A stretch of 64,000 nt of DNA. It comes from an uncultured Desulfatiglans sp. (GTDB lineage Bacteria; Desulfobacterota; DSM-4660; Desulfatiglandales; HGW-15). Positions 34,815 to 43,031 of this stretch are shown piece after piece (positions within the stretch are counted from its first letter, which is position 1; each line of letters begins with the position of its first letter). The notes under the pieces were generated by a model, which worked only from the letters and a program-made list of their open reading frames with translations, was not told the DNA's origin and did not search any database. The position numbers and the translations under genes are program-made. The stretch covers positions 12,842-76,841 of the forward strand of contig CAZCMD010000003.1 in the NCBI GenBank assembly GCA_964499695.1, in the 5' to 3' direction.

Positions 34815-36239
34815 TTATAATGCCACTTTATTCCTTTCTTCCAATGCCGTCATTATCTCTTCATGGCGCTCGCGTGATATTTTATAGAAGCTTACACAGT
34901 AGGCTGCCAAAATATTCAAAACGGCTGCACATATAAAAAGAATTCCAAGTCTGACTAATGTTCCATGCTCTACGGTATCAGGGTTTGCATTTACCGGGAA
35001 TCTAATAAGATCAATAAGAAATCCGGCTATAGCATTGCCCAGTCCTGAATTTATCTTTTGTGAAAATGAATTGGCAGCAAAGAAAATACCATCACGCCTC
35101 TTTCCGGTTATGTACTCATGTTCCCGCACAATATCTGACATCATAGAAAAGACACTAACAGCGCATATGCCACCGAAAGAGCTGGATATTAACATAATAA
35201 TAAAAATGAGAGGAAGCAGAAGAGGGTGACCATTTTCCGGGAAGAATCCAATCAGGCGGAGAATAAAAGGTGTAATCTGGAAAGCTGCCATAACACAAGC
35301 GGTAATTATCATAGCATTCTTTTTGTCAAATTTCTCCTGGACCTTTCTGGCAAGAACGGAGCCTATTATGAATCCAATCCCCATAGGAGCGGCAAGTATG
35401 CCAAGCTGTCCTGATCCGAATCCCCAGAAAAATGTATTTAAAAGGGGTGTGAGAGTCATTGCCACCCCCATGTAAAGGAAGTAAGAGAGTGCACCCATAA
35501 ATATCGATCTGAAGGATGTATTTCCCCAGACTTCAATGAACTCTCTAACCAACCGCATTGGAGTGAAGGGTTCTCCATCATTTGAAGCCTTAGGCAGTTT
35601 GGGGATTATACTGCGGGTCCCGAAAGAGGCGATAAACACAACTGCTAATATTACAATACTGCAGAAAAAGGCAAAATATGGATATCCGGCAGGGTTTAGC
35701 TGTCCTCTTGGAAATTCAGGTGTATTAGGAAGAAATACAAAGTATCCCATCATTGTAATTAATACCCCTCCCACCATTCCTATAGCTGTACGGTAGGCAA
35801 ATATTGAGGTGCGCTCAAAGTAATCATTCGAAATCTCTGAACCCAGTGCAAGATGAGGAACCTGGAAAAGTGTCATTGCTCCACGAGTAAGGACTGCAAA
35901 CATCGTCAACCACAGAAAAAGACCCGTCTGTCCCATATGTTGGGGCGGAACAAACATAAAAAAGAAAAATATTGCAAGAGGAATGGCTGAGACATACATA
36001 AATGGATGCCTTCGTCCAAGACGGGATTTACAGCTGTCCGATATTGAACCCATCATTGGATCAGTGACTGCATCAAAGGCCTGGGCAATAAATATGGCCA
36101 AACCGCAATATGTTCCTGAAAGGCCTAAAACCTGATTGAAATATAAAAAAAGAAATGTATTAAAGCCTGCTCCGGTTGCAGACTCAGCCACCTGCCCCAT
36201 ACCATATGATACTTTTATACTGCGCTTTAATGCTGTCAT
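34815..36239 (-). CDS. glycoside-pentoside-hexuronide (GPH):cation symporter family MFS transporter
   Basis: N-terminal 'KVSYGMGQVAES...FLFLYFNQVLGL......IAQAFDAVTDPMMGSISD' is the GPH/MelB-YicJ signature. Confidence 0.8.
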   Translation of the reverse strand: MTALKRSIKVSYGMGQVAESATGAGFNTFLFLYFNQVLGLSGTYCGLAIFIAQAFDAVTDPMMGSISDSCKSRLGRRHPFMYVSAIPLAIFFFFMFVPPQHMGQTGLFLWLTMFAVLTRGAMTLFQVPHLALGSEISNDYFERTSIFAYRTAIGMVGGVLITMMGYFVFLPNTPEFPRGQLNPAGYPYFAFFCSIVILAVVFIASFGTRSIIPKLPKASNDGEPFTPMRLVREFIEVWGNTSFRSIFMGALSYFLYMGVAMTLTPLLNTFFWGFGSGQLGILAAPMGIGFIIGSVLARKVQEKFDKKNAMIITACVMAAFQITPFILRLIGFFPENGHPLLLPLIFIIMLISSSFGGICAVSVFSMMSDIVREHEYITGKRRDGIFFAANSFSQKINSGLGNAIAGFLIDLIRFPVNANPDTVEHGTLVRLGILFICAAVLNILAAYCVSFYKISRERHEEIMTALEERNKVAL

Positions 36240-36303
36240 TCAACACTCCTTAATTAATGGCAAGTACTTAAACGTAATAAATATGGATCAGCTTAATTTT
36301 TCA

Positions 36304-36332
36304 TTGACTTTTTTACTTTACATTCGTACAGT
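36304..36332 (+). promoter_or_regulatory. candidate promoter TTGACT-N17-TACAGT, homologous to 24705-24733
   Basis: attgactttt is identical in both, and the following (a/t)t(c/a)ctttac is similar. It lies 66 nt upstream of ferredoxin copy 2. Confidence 0.3.
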
Positions 36333-36393
36333 AATTTAACTATACATCAGTAAAGCAATAAAATGTCAACATCTTTTACAATCAAAAAGGTGA

Positions 36394-38349
36394 AAAAATG
36401 GATATACTGGAACTTAAATGGATTAAAGAAATAAAAATAGACATGGATGCATGCAAAGGATGCAAGTCATGCATGAATGCATGTTTTGTTGATGTTATCC
36501 GCTGGGATGAGGTAAAGAAAAAACCGGTTATCGCATACCCTGAAGACTGTGTCTGGTGCCTTGCCTGTGAATGTGCCTGTCCTGTAAAATGCATTAACAT
36601 AATCCCGAATATCCCGGCACCATTACGGTCATCTTTCCAGCCGTAAAAAAGGAGAAACATAATGACTGAATTAAATAACAATAGAGAATTACTTTCTGCC
36701 GATGTGTTGATAATAGGAGGCGGGATAGGCGGCCTTGCCTGCGCAATAAAAGTAAAAGAAAATAATCCTGAGTGCGATGTGCTGATTGTTGAGAAACAGA
36801 CAACAGGCTATGCAGGTAAGGCAACAAAGATAGGCGGCATACTGGCCTTCCTGGGCCCCAATAATAACGCTGACAAGTTCATAGATTTTCAGGTGCACAC
36901 ATCAGGGCTTTTTCTGAATGATCAGGATTTGCTGGCAAAATATGTTAAAGATACATACAAGACTATTCAGCAGTTTTCCGAATGGGGCAATAAACTCGCC
37001 AAGACACCTGATGGCAACATGCTTTCCTTTCCTGCAATGTTCGCCCCGGAATATTCATCTACATTTATAGATATAGACTTGATGCTGCCCATGCGTGCCA
37101 AAGCCAAAAAAATGGGGACAAGGATAATAGATAAGGTTCATGTTGTTGATCTTTTATCCCTGGATAATCGTGTAGTTGGAGCAGCCGGTTTTAATATTAT
37201 TGACGGTCATTTTATAGTTATCAGTGCAAAGGCCACCATACTGGCTAACGGAAGCTGTGGTTACAAGGTAAGGCGTTTCTGGTCAGCCGGTACAGGCGAT
37301 GGTATAGCAGCAGCCTACAGGGCAGGTGCTGAAATGAGAAATGCCGAATATGGAAACCTCTACGGTCACACGGTATTCCAGGCAACAGACAGCGGCATGG
37401 TGGGTTCTGATTTTTTAGTAAACAAGCAGGGTGAAAATCTGGCCCATAAATATATGCCTGACAGGGGGCCAGCAGGTGTATTTTTACCTGTTAAACTGGC
37501 TGTTGGTCTTGAAAAAGAGGTCGCTGAAGGAAGAGGCCCGATTTACTTTGAACCGCCAAAGTCAATGCCTCCGCACGGATTTTCTACCGGGCTTCCCAAG
37601 ATTGAAGAATGGTTAAAAAGAATAGGAAATAAAGAGAAGGAATACGGGATATCAAGGGACTCAAAGCCAGAGATAGCAGTACCGTTACATGGTGAGACAT
37701 CCTGTATAAAGGTTGATCATGACATGAAAACCAGTCTTGAAGGTCTATGGGCAATAGGAGATACAAGCTACTCAGGTTCTGCACTTGCCGGTGCGGTTGC
37801 CTCACCTCCCGGTGTGTGTCCCGGTTCAGGGATCATGTTTGCTGTAATAAGCGCGGGATGGGCAGGTGCCTCAGCTGCAGGCTATGTTTCAGGGGCATCT
37901 CCTGTTGATCTGAAAAACATTGATACGGATAAGATAAAGGACAGCCTATTTGCACCGATGAAGGATAAAAAAGATTTTTCACCCTGGGTAGCCATATCTG
38001 CACTGGGAAGCATTGCGGCCCCGATGAAATATAATCTCCGCAGGAGCGAAGACCGGCTTTCCGAGGCCATCAGCATGATCGAAAGGTTAAAAGAAAAGTT
38101 GCCTGACCTCCATGCAAAAGACCCGCACTACCTGGGTAAATGCCATGAGGTAAGGTCTATGACTCTGTGTGCTGAACTCACCTTCAGGGCAGCCCTGATG
38201 AGGACTGAAAGCAGAGGCTTCCATTATAGAGAAGACTTCCCGGCTCAGGATGATAAGAACTGGCTCAAATGGATAATCATAAAGAAGGAAAAAGAAAAGA
38301 TGAAACTCTCAACTCAACCTATTCCTATTAACAGTTATAAAATCAGGCC
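36394..38349 (+). repeat. 1,956-bp near-identical direct repeat, copy 2
   Basis: See 25524-27479. Confidence 0.95.
36398..36646 (+). CDS. 2x[4Fe-4S] ferredoxin-domain protein (identical second copy)
   Basis: 82/82 aa identical to the 25528-25776 product. Confidence 0.85.
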   Translation: MDILELKWIKEIKIDMDACKGCKSCMNACFVDVIRWDEVKKKPVIAYPEDCVWCLACECACPVKCINIIPNIPAPLRSSFQP

Positions 38350-38362
38350 AAATGGTATATAA
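36662..38362 (+). CDS. FrdA/AprA-superfamily FAD oxidoreductase (second copy)
   Basis: Identical to the 25792-27495 product except for N-to-S at 38334 and the last few residues (..YKIRPNGI versus ..YKIRPAGNV). Confidence 0.8.
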   Translation: MTELNNNRELLSADVLIIGGGIGGLACAIKVKENNPECDVLIVEKQTTGYAGKATKIGGILAFLGPNNNADKFIDFQVHTSGLFLNDQDLLAKYVKDTYKTIQQFSEWGNKLAKTPDGNMLSFPAMFAPEYSSTFIDIDLMLPMRAKAKKMGTRIIDKVHVVDLLSLDNRVVGAAGFNIIDGHFIVISAKATILANGSCGYKVRRFWSAGTGDGIAAAYRAGAEMRNAEYGNLYGHTVFQATDSGMVGSDFLVNKQGENLAHKYMPDRGPAGVFLPVKLAVGLEKEVAEGRGPIYFEPPKSMPPHGFSTGLPKIEEWLKRIGNKEKEYGISRDSKPEIAVPLHGETSCIKVDHDMKTSLEGLWAIGDTSYSGSALAGAVASPPGVCPGSGIMFAVISAGWAGASAAGYVSGASPVDLKNIDTDKIKDSLFAPMKDKKDFSPWVAISALGSIAAPMKYNLRRSEDRLSEAISMIERLKEKLPDLHAKDPHYLGKCHEVRSMTLCAELTFRAALMRTESRGFHYREDFPAQDDKNWLKWIIIKKEKEKMKLSTQPIPINSYKIRPNGI

Positions 38363-38371
38363 CTGATAAAT

Positions 38372-38403
38372 CGTCAGGGGTACGATGTACCGTGCCCCTG
38401 ACG
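38372..38403. terminator. hairpin cgtcagggg-N14-cccctgacg after flavoprotein copy 2
   Basis: 9-bp GC-rich stem starting 10 nt after the stop codon. Weak T-tract. Confidence 0.3.
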
Positions 38404-38515
38404 TAATAGAAATCAAAATGACAACAATATGAAGTATTAATCACTTCATTAAAGGTTAGGGTAGTTTTTTTCAGGTGTAGATTTTTTTTATCAATTACAT
38501 ATTAAGGAGGTTAAA

Positions 38516-38923
38516 ATGAAAAAACTTGTTTTTACAGGTGCAATCGCCATCACACTATTATTAACACTTGGTGGATTTATGACAGCAGGTGCACAAAACG
38601 GAGAAAATAAAGGTTTTGCAGGCGAGTGGCTGGCAACCTATACTACTCCTGTTGGTGCAATGAACTGCAATTATACATTTAAGGTTGATGGAAGTGCTGT
38701 AACCGGAAAAGTTATAGTCGAAATGAGTGGAAATAAAAGTGAAAGTGAAATAAAGGATGGGAAAATAGAAGGGGACAAGATAACTTTCACCTGGCTGTAT
38801 AATAATGATGTTCAAATGTCATGTACGGGTATATTGTCAGGAGATGAGATACAACTAACCCGTCAGGCAGGCACCTATGGAACCGAATCAGCTGTAGCAA
38901 AAAGGGTGTCCGGTTCTAAGTAA
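38516..38923 (+). CDS. small secreted protein of unknown function (paralog 2)
   Basis: Signal peptide ending AGAQ and an AAGGAGG RBS. Paralog of 27595-27984. Confidence 0.6.
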   Translation: MKKLVFTGAIAITLLLTLGGFMTAGAQNGENKGFAGEWLATYTTPVGAMNCNYTFKVDGSAVTGKVIVEMSGNKSESEIKDGKIEGDKITFTWLYNNDVQMSCTGILSGDEIQLTRQAGTYGTESAVAKRVSGSK

Positions 38924-39173
38924 TAATTATTTGAGGTATTTTTCTCGCAAAGGGCATGGAGTAAAACACAAAGGGTAATGATAAGGTAAAACCCGTTTCT
39001 TTACTCTATGCCCATGCTTTATGCGCTATTTTTCCTCTTATTTTAATCCCTTAAGATTACAGAAGATTAACTTGCCTTTTGGGAAATCATACCTTCTTTA
39101 ATACCCTGATTTACCGCCATAGATATTTACCCAAATATTCAGTTCATAAAGTAATTGATATTTTTTGATATTT

Positions 39174-39187
39174 GTATACAAGTATAC
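39174..39187. promoter_or_regulatory. GTATAC-N2-GTATAC motif upstream of the GntR gene (candidate autoregulatory operator)
   Basis: gtatacaagtatac lies 80 nt upstream of ATG 39267. The same motif occurs at 40112-40125. Confidence 0.35.
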
Positions 39188-39266
39188 CTATTAATCATTA
39201 TTACTTTTCAACAACTGGGGCACCTCAGTTGAATATCAGAATTATATAATTTCAGGGAAATTTGTT

Positions 39267-40031
39267 ATGGCAGAAAAAAAAAGAAAATTTGAAAAGATAT
39301 CCCTTGACCAGAATTCATCCGTCCCCTTTTTTATTCAGATTGCTGAGACGATGAAAAGGCGAATATCATCAGGGCAATACAATCCGGGGAAACAGCTTTT
39401 TACGGGTGAAGAACTGGAAAAGGAATTCCAGACAAGCAACATAACTATCCGTAAGGCTTTGGAAAAGTTAAAAAATGACGGCTTTGTGGAACGCCGGCGC
39501 GGTCTCGGGACAACCGTATCCAGAATAAAACAGGAGCCACTGACCTTTGAGCTGGGCAGAAGTTTCAAAAAACTGAAAGAATCTATTGAAAAGCTTAACA
39601 CCAGCATCAAAGTACTGGAAATTACCATAATCGAATCCTCAGAATACATTCAGAACTATCTCTCATTGAGCCATGATCAGGATATGTGGAGGCTTAAACG
39701 TACCAGAATATATGAGGGGTTACCTGTATCATATAATACCTATTATGCTGATCCAGGCTTTTGCGGCTCCATAACAAAAGAGGAGGCCATGAAGTATGAT
39801 ATCCTGAATACTATTGAACAGGCCATGGGTGTGAAAATACATAAAGTAAACCAGACGTTAAGGGCTGTTGTTGCTGATCTCGATGTATCCAATATCCTGA
39901 AAATCCCTTTCGGGGCACCTGCCTTTTTTAATGAAACGACCTATCATTCGGTTTCAGGTGAAACATTGCTCCTCAGCCAGAATTATTTCAGGGGAGACGT
40001 GTTTGTCTTCAGAACAGCATCCCTGTTATAA
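39267..40031 (+). CDS. GntR-family (HutC subfamily, UTRA effector domain) transcriptional regulator
   Basis: wHTH 'LFTGEELEKEFQTSNITIRKALEKLKNDGFVERRRGLGTTV' and a roughly 150-aa C-terminal UTRA-sized domain. Confidence 0.85.
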   Translation: MAEKKRKFEKISLDQNSSVPFFIQIAETMKRRISSGQYNPGKQLFTGEELEKEFQTSNITIRKALEKLKNDGFVERRRGLGTTVSRIKQEPLTFELGRSFKKLKESIEKLNTSIKVLEITIIESSEYIQNYLSLSHDQDMWRLKRTRIYEGLPVSYNTYYADPGFCGSITKEEAMKYDILNTIEQAMGVKIHKVNQTLRAVVADLDVSNILKIPFGAPAFFNETTYHSVSGETLLLSQNYFRGDVFVFRTASLL

Positions 40032-40090
40032 AGACGATAAACACTCGAGCCCCTGATTCTTTATCATCCGGAATGATCTTAAATATTATA

Positions 40091-40125
40091 TTGACACATA
40101 TTGGGAGTTTAGTATACCTGTATAC
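40091..40125 (+). promoter_or_regulatory. candidate promoter (TTGACA-N16/17-TATACC) overlapped by GTATAC-N2-GTATAC operator
   Basis: ttgaca at 40091-40096 and gtatacctgtatac at 40112-40125, upstream of the esterase operon. Confidence 0.35.
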
Positions 40126-40270
40126 ATTAGTAGCAGTTTTAAGTAATCGGGACACTCTGGTCATAAGCATGATTCCGCTGATTTTGACATAAGCAATTTT
40201 CAATTTCTCGGATACTGCAATATTTTAAATGCATTATAGAATGGATCAGTCCATTGTCCGGAGTCTTCAC

Positions 40271-40364
40271 AGGGATACGATGCCTCTTAGTTCATGAAAG
40301 TAAACAAAGTAGGTTAACCGGTAGCCCCCCTATCCTGTTTTCCTGGCAAGAGCATCGTATCCCT
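40271..40364 (+). promoter_or_regulatory. 13-bp perfect long-range inverted repeat in the esterase operon leader
   Basis: agggatacgatgc (40271-40283) and gcatcgtatccct (40352-40364) enclose 68 nt. The 3' arm ends 13 nt before the GGAG RBS of ATG 40392. Confidence 0.4.
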
Positions 40365-40391
40365 ATCACTTACCTTTGGAGCGTAATAATC

Positions 40392-42992
40392 ATGAATAAA
40401 TATAAATTAAAACTGGTTGCTGTTTTCACACTGTCCTTTATTATTTTGCTATCATATGGACCTGCCCAGGCAGTGGAATCTATCGCAATTAAATACGGTT
40501 GCGCTATAAATCCCGAAGATCAGGTCCTGAAATCAATGGCCCTGGCAAAGAGTATAGCAAATCCTGATGACTCCCAATGGCGAACAAAAGGTGATCTTCA
40601 CCGGAAATATCATTTTCCGGATGCAGATATGGATATGCCCTACCGTCTGTATGTCCCTGTTTCATGGGATGGCAATTCACAACTACCGTTGGTTGTTTTT
40701 CTTCACGGAGCAGGATCGGATGAAAACCGGTATATAGATGCCAATGACAGGCAGCTTATAACCCTTGCAGAGAAGCATGGTTTCATTTTACTGTCTCCAC
40801 TTGGGTACTCTCCTCTTGGCGCCTATGGTACCCCTCTGCGCCTTCCCGCCGTATTTGGGAAACCGGAAATCGCCGCAAAACAGAGAGCTTCCGTAACACC
40901 CGAACAGGAAAAAACTCTTCAACTGAGCGAGAAGGATGTTATCAACACAATCGAGATAGTGCTCAACGAGTACCCTGTAGATCGTTCATCCATCTTCCTT
41001 GCCGGGCATTCAATGGGAAGCGGGGGAACCTGGTACCTCGGTGCAAAATATGCCCGATACTTTGCTGCAATTGCTCCGCTCTCGGGACCTTTTGTGGACG
41101 AAGCACACTATCCCTGGGACAATATAAAGCAGATGCCTGTCTTCATGACAGAAGGGACAGGGGCCACACCGTCTCTCGTTGGAAGCAAGGCCATGCTGGC
41201 ATGGATGAAAGAACGCGGATTTAAAATAGAGTATAAGGAGGTGGATGCTGATCACGGAGGCATGATACCCCTTGTACTGCCGGATATATTCAATTTTTTT
41301 GACCGCATCAGGAAGTCAATTGAAACCATAAAGATAACCGGGACGGATTGTACTGTCGAAAAGCTTGGGGCATCAATACCCGCTACAGCCATTGGTGAAC
41401 CTGTCTCCGGAGTGACTCTTAAACCGCCTGTATGGACAAATGCCAATGGACCGAATCCGGGCTACTGCAGCGTAGAAGGCTCCATTTCCCCTGTTTCAAA
41501 GGAACCAAATGCCAGGCCCATCAATTTTCGTGTTGCACTCCCCTCTTCATGGAGTCGACGTTCTTCACAGATGGGAGGGGCAGGCATGAACGGATTCATC
41601 CCGAACCTTACAGGTGGTACGGATATGTCCTCCAAGACATCCCTTATCGGCCTTGGGTTTGCCACCTATGGCAGTGATTCCGGCCATTCGATGGGACCAA
41701 TGATGGGATTTTCCAAGAGACCGGTACAAAAAAGTCCTGGCCAGGATAATAATAATGACTGGACATTGAATGAAGAGGCAATAAAAAACCTTGGCTATAT
41801 GCAGATGAAAAAGACACATGATGCAGCCATGGTGCTGATGGAAAGGGCCTACGGTGAAAGGCCTAGATACAATTATTATTTTGGTGGGTCCCAGGGAGGA
41901 AGAGAGGCCCTTACCGTAGCGCAGAGATACCCTGATGACTATAACGGGATTTCTGCAAATGTCCCCATTGTTAATTTTTCGACCCTGATGCTGGCTCCGG
42001 AACTGATCAGAATAAAGGAGAAGCCCCTTGAGAACTGGGTAACTCCTGCCAGGATAAACGCAATTGCCGGTGAGTTCATACGTCAGTGTGACAAACTGGA
42101 CGGGCTTTCTGATGGAATCATCAACAACTACATGGCCTGCAGAGAAATATTTGATGTCAAACAGGGAGACCCTGGAAGAGATCCATGGAAAACGAAACGA
42201 TGCCCTGATGGTAAAGACCCCAATCCTTCGGACACAAGCGCCAGTGCATGTCTTACAGACGGCCAGATTGATACCCTTAACTTTGTCTACAGCAGATATC
42301 AGTATGCAATCCCCCTTGCAAATAACGTAAAGACATTCGGTATGTGGCTGCCAAACACCGATCCATCCGGCAGCGGTTTGATAGAGCCCCGAAGGTATAA
42401 GGGCCAGGAGGGCGCTGATGAAGGCACGCCTGTACACAGCCAGCTGGGGGTACTGGGAGTCACCGGGTTCCTTATGCAGGATTTAAAGGCCAACCCTCTT
42501 GACTATGTTGAAGGCGGCGAGTTGAACGAAAGGAGAAAGCAACTCTCAGCTATTCTGGACTCTACCAATCCGGACCTGAGTGGCTTTAATACCCGCGGAG
42601 GAAAGATGATAGTAGCCATTGGCACTAATGATACACTTGCTTCTCCCGGTGCGCAGCTTGATTACTATCAGTCAGTCATAGATAAAATGGGCAAAAATAC
42701 CGTAGATGTATTTGCCCGCTTTTTTGTAATACCCCAGGCAAACCATGGCCTGATGGGGACAAACTATGCTGTGAACGGTGATGGGAAGTCCATCCCATCA
42801 GAACCTTTACCAACCGGTTTCAGTCGGTTCAACCTGCTTATTGACTGGGTTGAAAAAGGCATAGCTCCTCCGATGTCGGTTACATTAACGGGTGGAAACA
42901 AAAGTCGGCCTATGTGTTCATATCCGGCATACCCGAAATATAAGGGTGGCCCGACTGAGAAGGCAGAATCCTATGAATGTGCAATGCCGTAA
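40392..42992 (+). CDS. secreted two-domain esterase: N-terminal alpha/beta-hydrolase (PHB-depolymerase/feruloyl-esterase-like) + C-terminal tannase/feruloyl-esterase family domain
   Basis: ORF 40254..42992, start moved to ATG 40392 (MNKYKLKLVAV... signal peptide). First nucleophile elbow is GHSMGSGG after LVVFLHGAGSDE. The second domain has YYFGGSQGGREAL, GTNDTLASP and ANHGLMG. Confidence 0.7.
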   Translation: MNKYKLKLVAVFTLSFIILLSYGPAQAVESIAIKYGCAINPEDQVLKSMALAKSIANPDDSQWRTKGDLHRKYHFPDADMDMPYRLYVPVSWDGNSQLPLVVFLHGAGSDENRYIDANDRQLITLAEKHGFILLSPLGYSPLGAYGTPLRLPAVFGKPEIAAKQRASVTPEQEKTLQLSEKDVINTIEIVLNEYPVDRSSIFLAGHSMGSGGTWYLGAKYARYFAAIAPLSGPFVDEAHYPWDNIKQMPVFMTEGTGATPSLVGSKAMLAWMKERGFKIEYKEVDADHGGMIPLVLPDIFNFFDRIRKSIETIKITGTDCTVEKLGASIPATAIGEPVSGVTLKPPVWTNANGPNPGYCSVEGSISPVSKEPNARPINFRVALPSSWSRRSSQMGGAGMNGFIPNLTGGTDMSSKTSLIGLGFATYGSDSGHSMGPMMGFSKRPVQKSPGQDNNNDWTLNEEAIKNLGYMQMKKTHDAAMVLMERAYGERPRYNYYFGGSQGGREALTVAQRYPDDYNGISANVPIVNFSTLMLAPELIRIKEKPLENWVTPARINAIAGEFIRQCDKLDGLSDGIINNYMACREIFDVKQGDPGRDPWKTKRCPDGKDPNPSDTSASACLTDGQIDTLNFVYSRYQYAIPLANNVKTFGMWLPNTDPSGSGLIEPRRYKGQEGADEGTPVHSQLGVLGVTGFLMQDLKANPLDYVEGGELNERRKQLSAILDSTNPDLSGFNTRGGKMIVAIGTNDTLASPGAQLDYYQSVIDKMGKNTVDVFARFFVIPQANHGLMGTNYAVNGDGKSIPSEPLPTGFSRFNLLIDWVEKGIAPPMSVTLTGGNKSRPMCSYPAYPKYKGGPTEKAESYECAMP

Positions 42993-43031
42993 CGCGTGAG
43001 GACATTTAATATATTAGAGGGTAAAGGGCAA

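Noticed and set aside
25524-38349. The 1,956-bp repeats as insertion sequences or a composite transposon
   Set aside because: No transposase or integrase ORF lies in or between the copies. There are no terminal inverted repeats at the boundaries. The identity tract coincides with two metabolic CDS. Gene conversion, recent duplication or assembly artefact are better explanations.
41565-42437. Long antisense or nested ORFs as genes: 41565..42437 (290 aa), 49703..50365 (220 aa), 7473..8084 (203 aa), 16959..17522 (187 aa), 20554..21042 (162 aa), 6124..6567 (147 aa), 18314..18748 (144 aa) and the many 60-130 aa ones
   Set aside because: All lie fully inside, and antisense or out of frame to, CDS with strong family motifs. 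They show no motifs or RBS of their own and have skewed, low-complexity composition typical of shadow ORFs.
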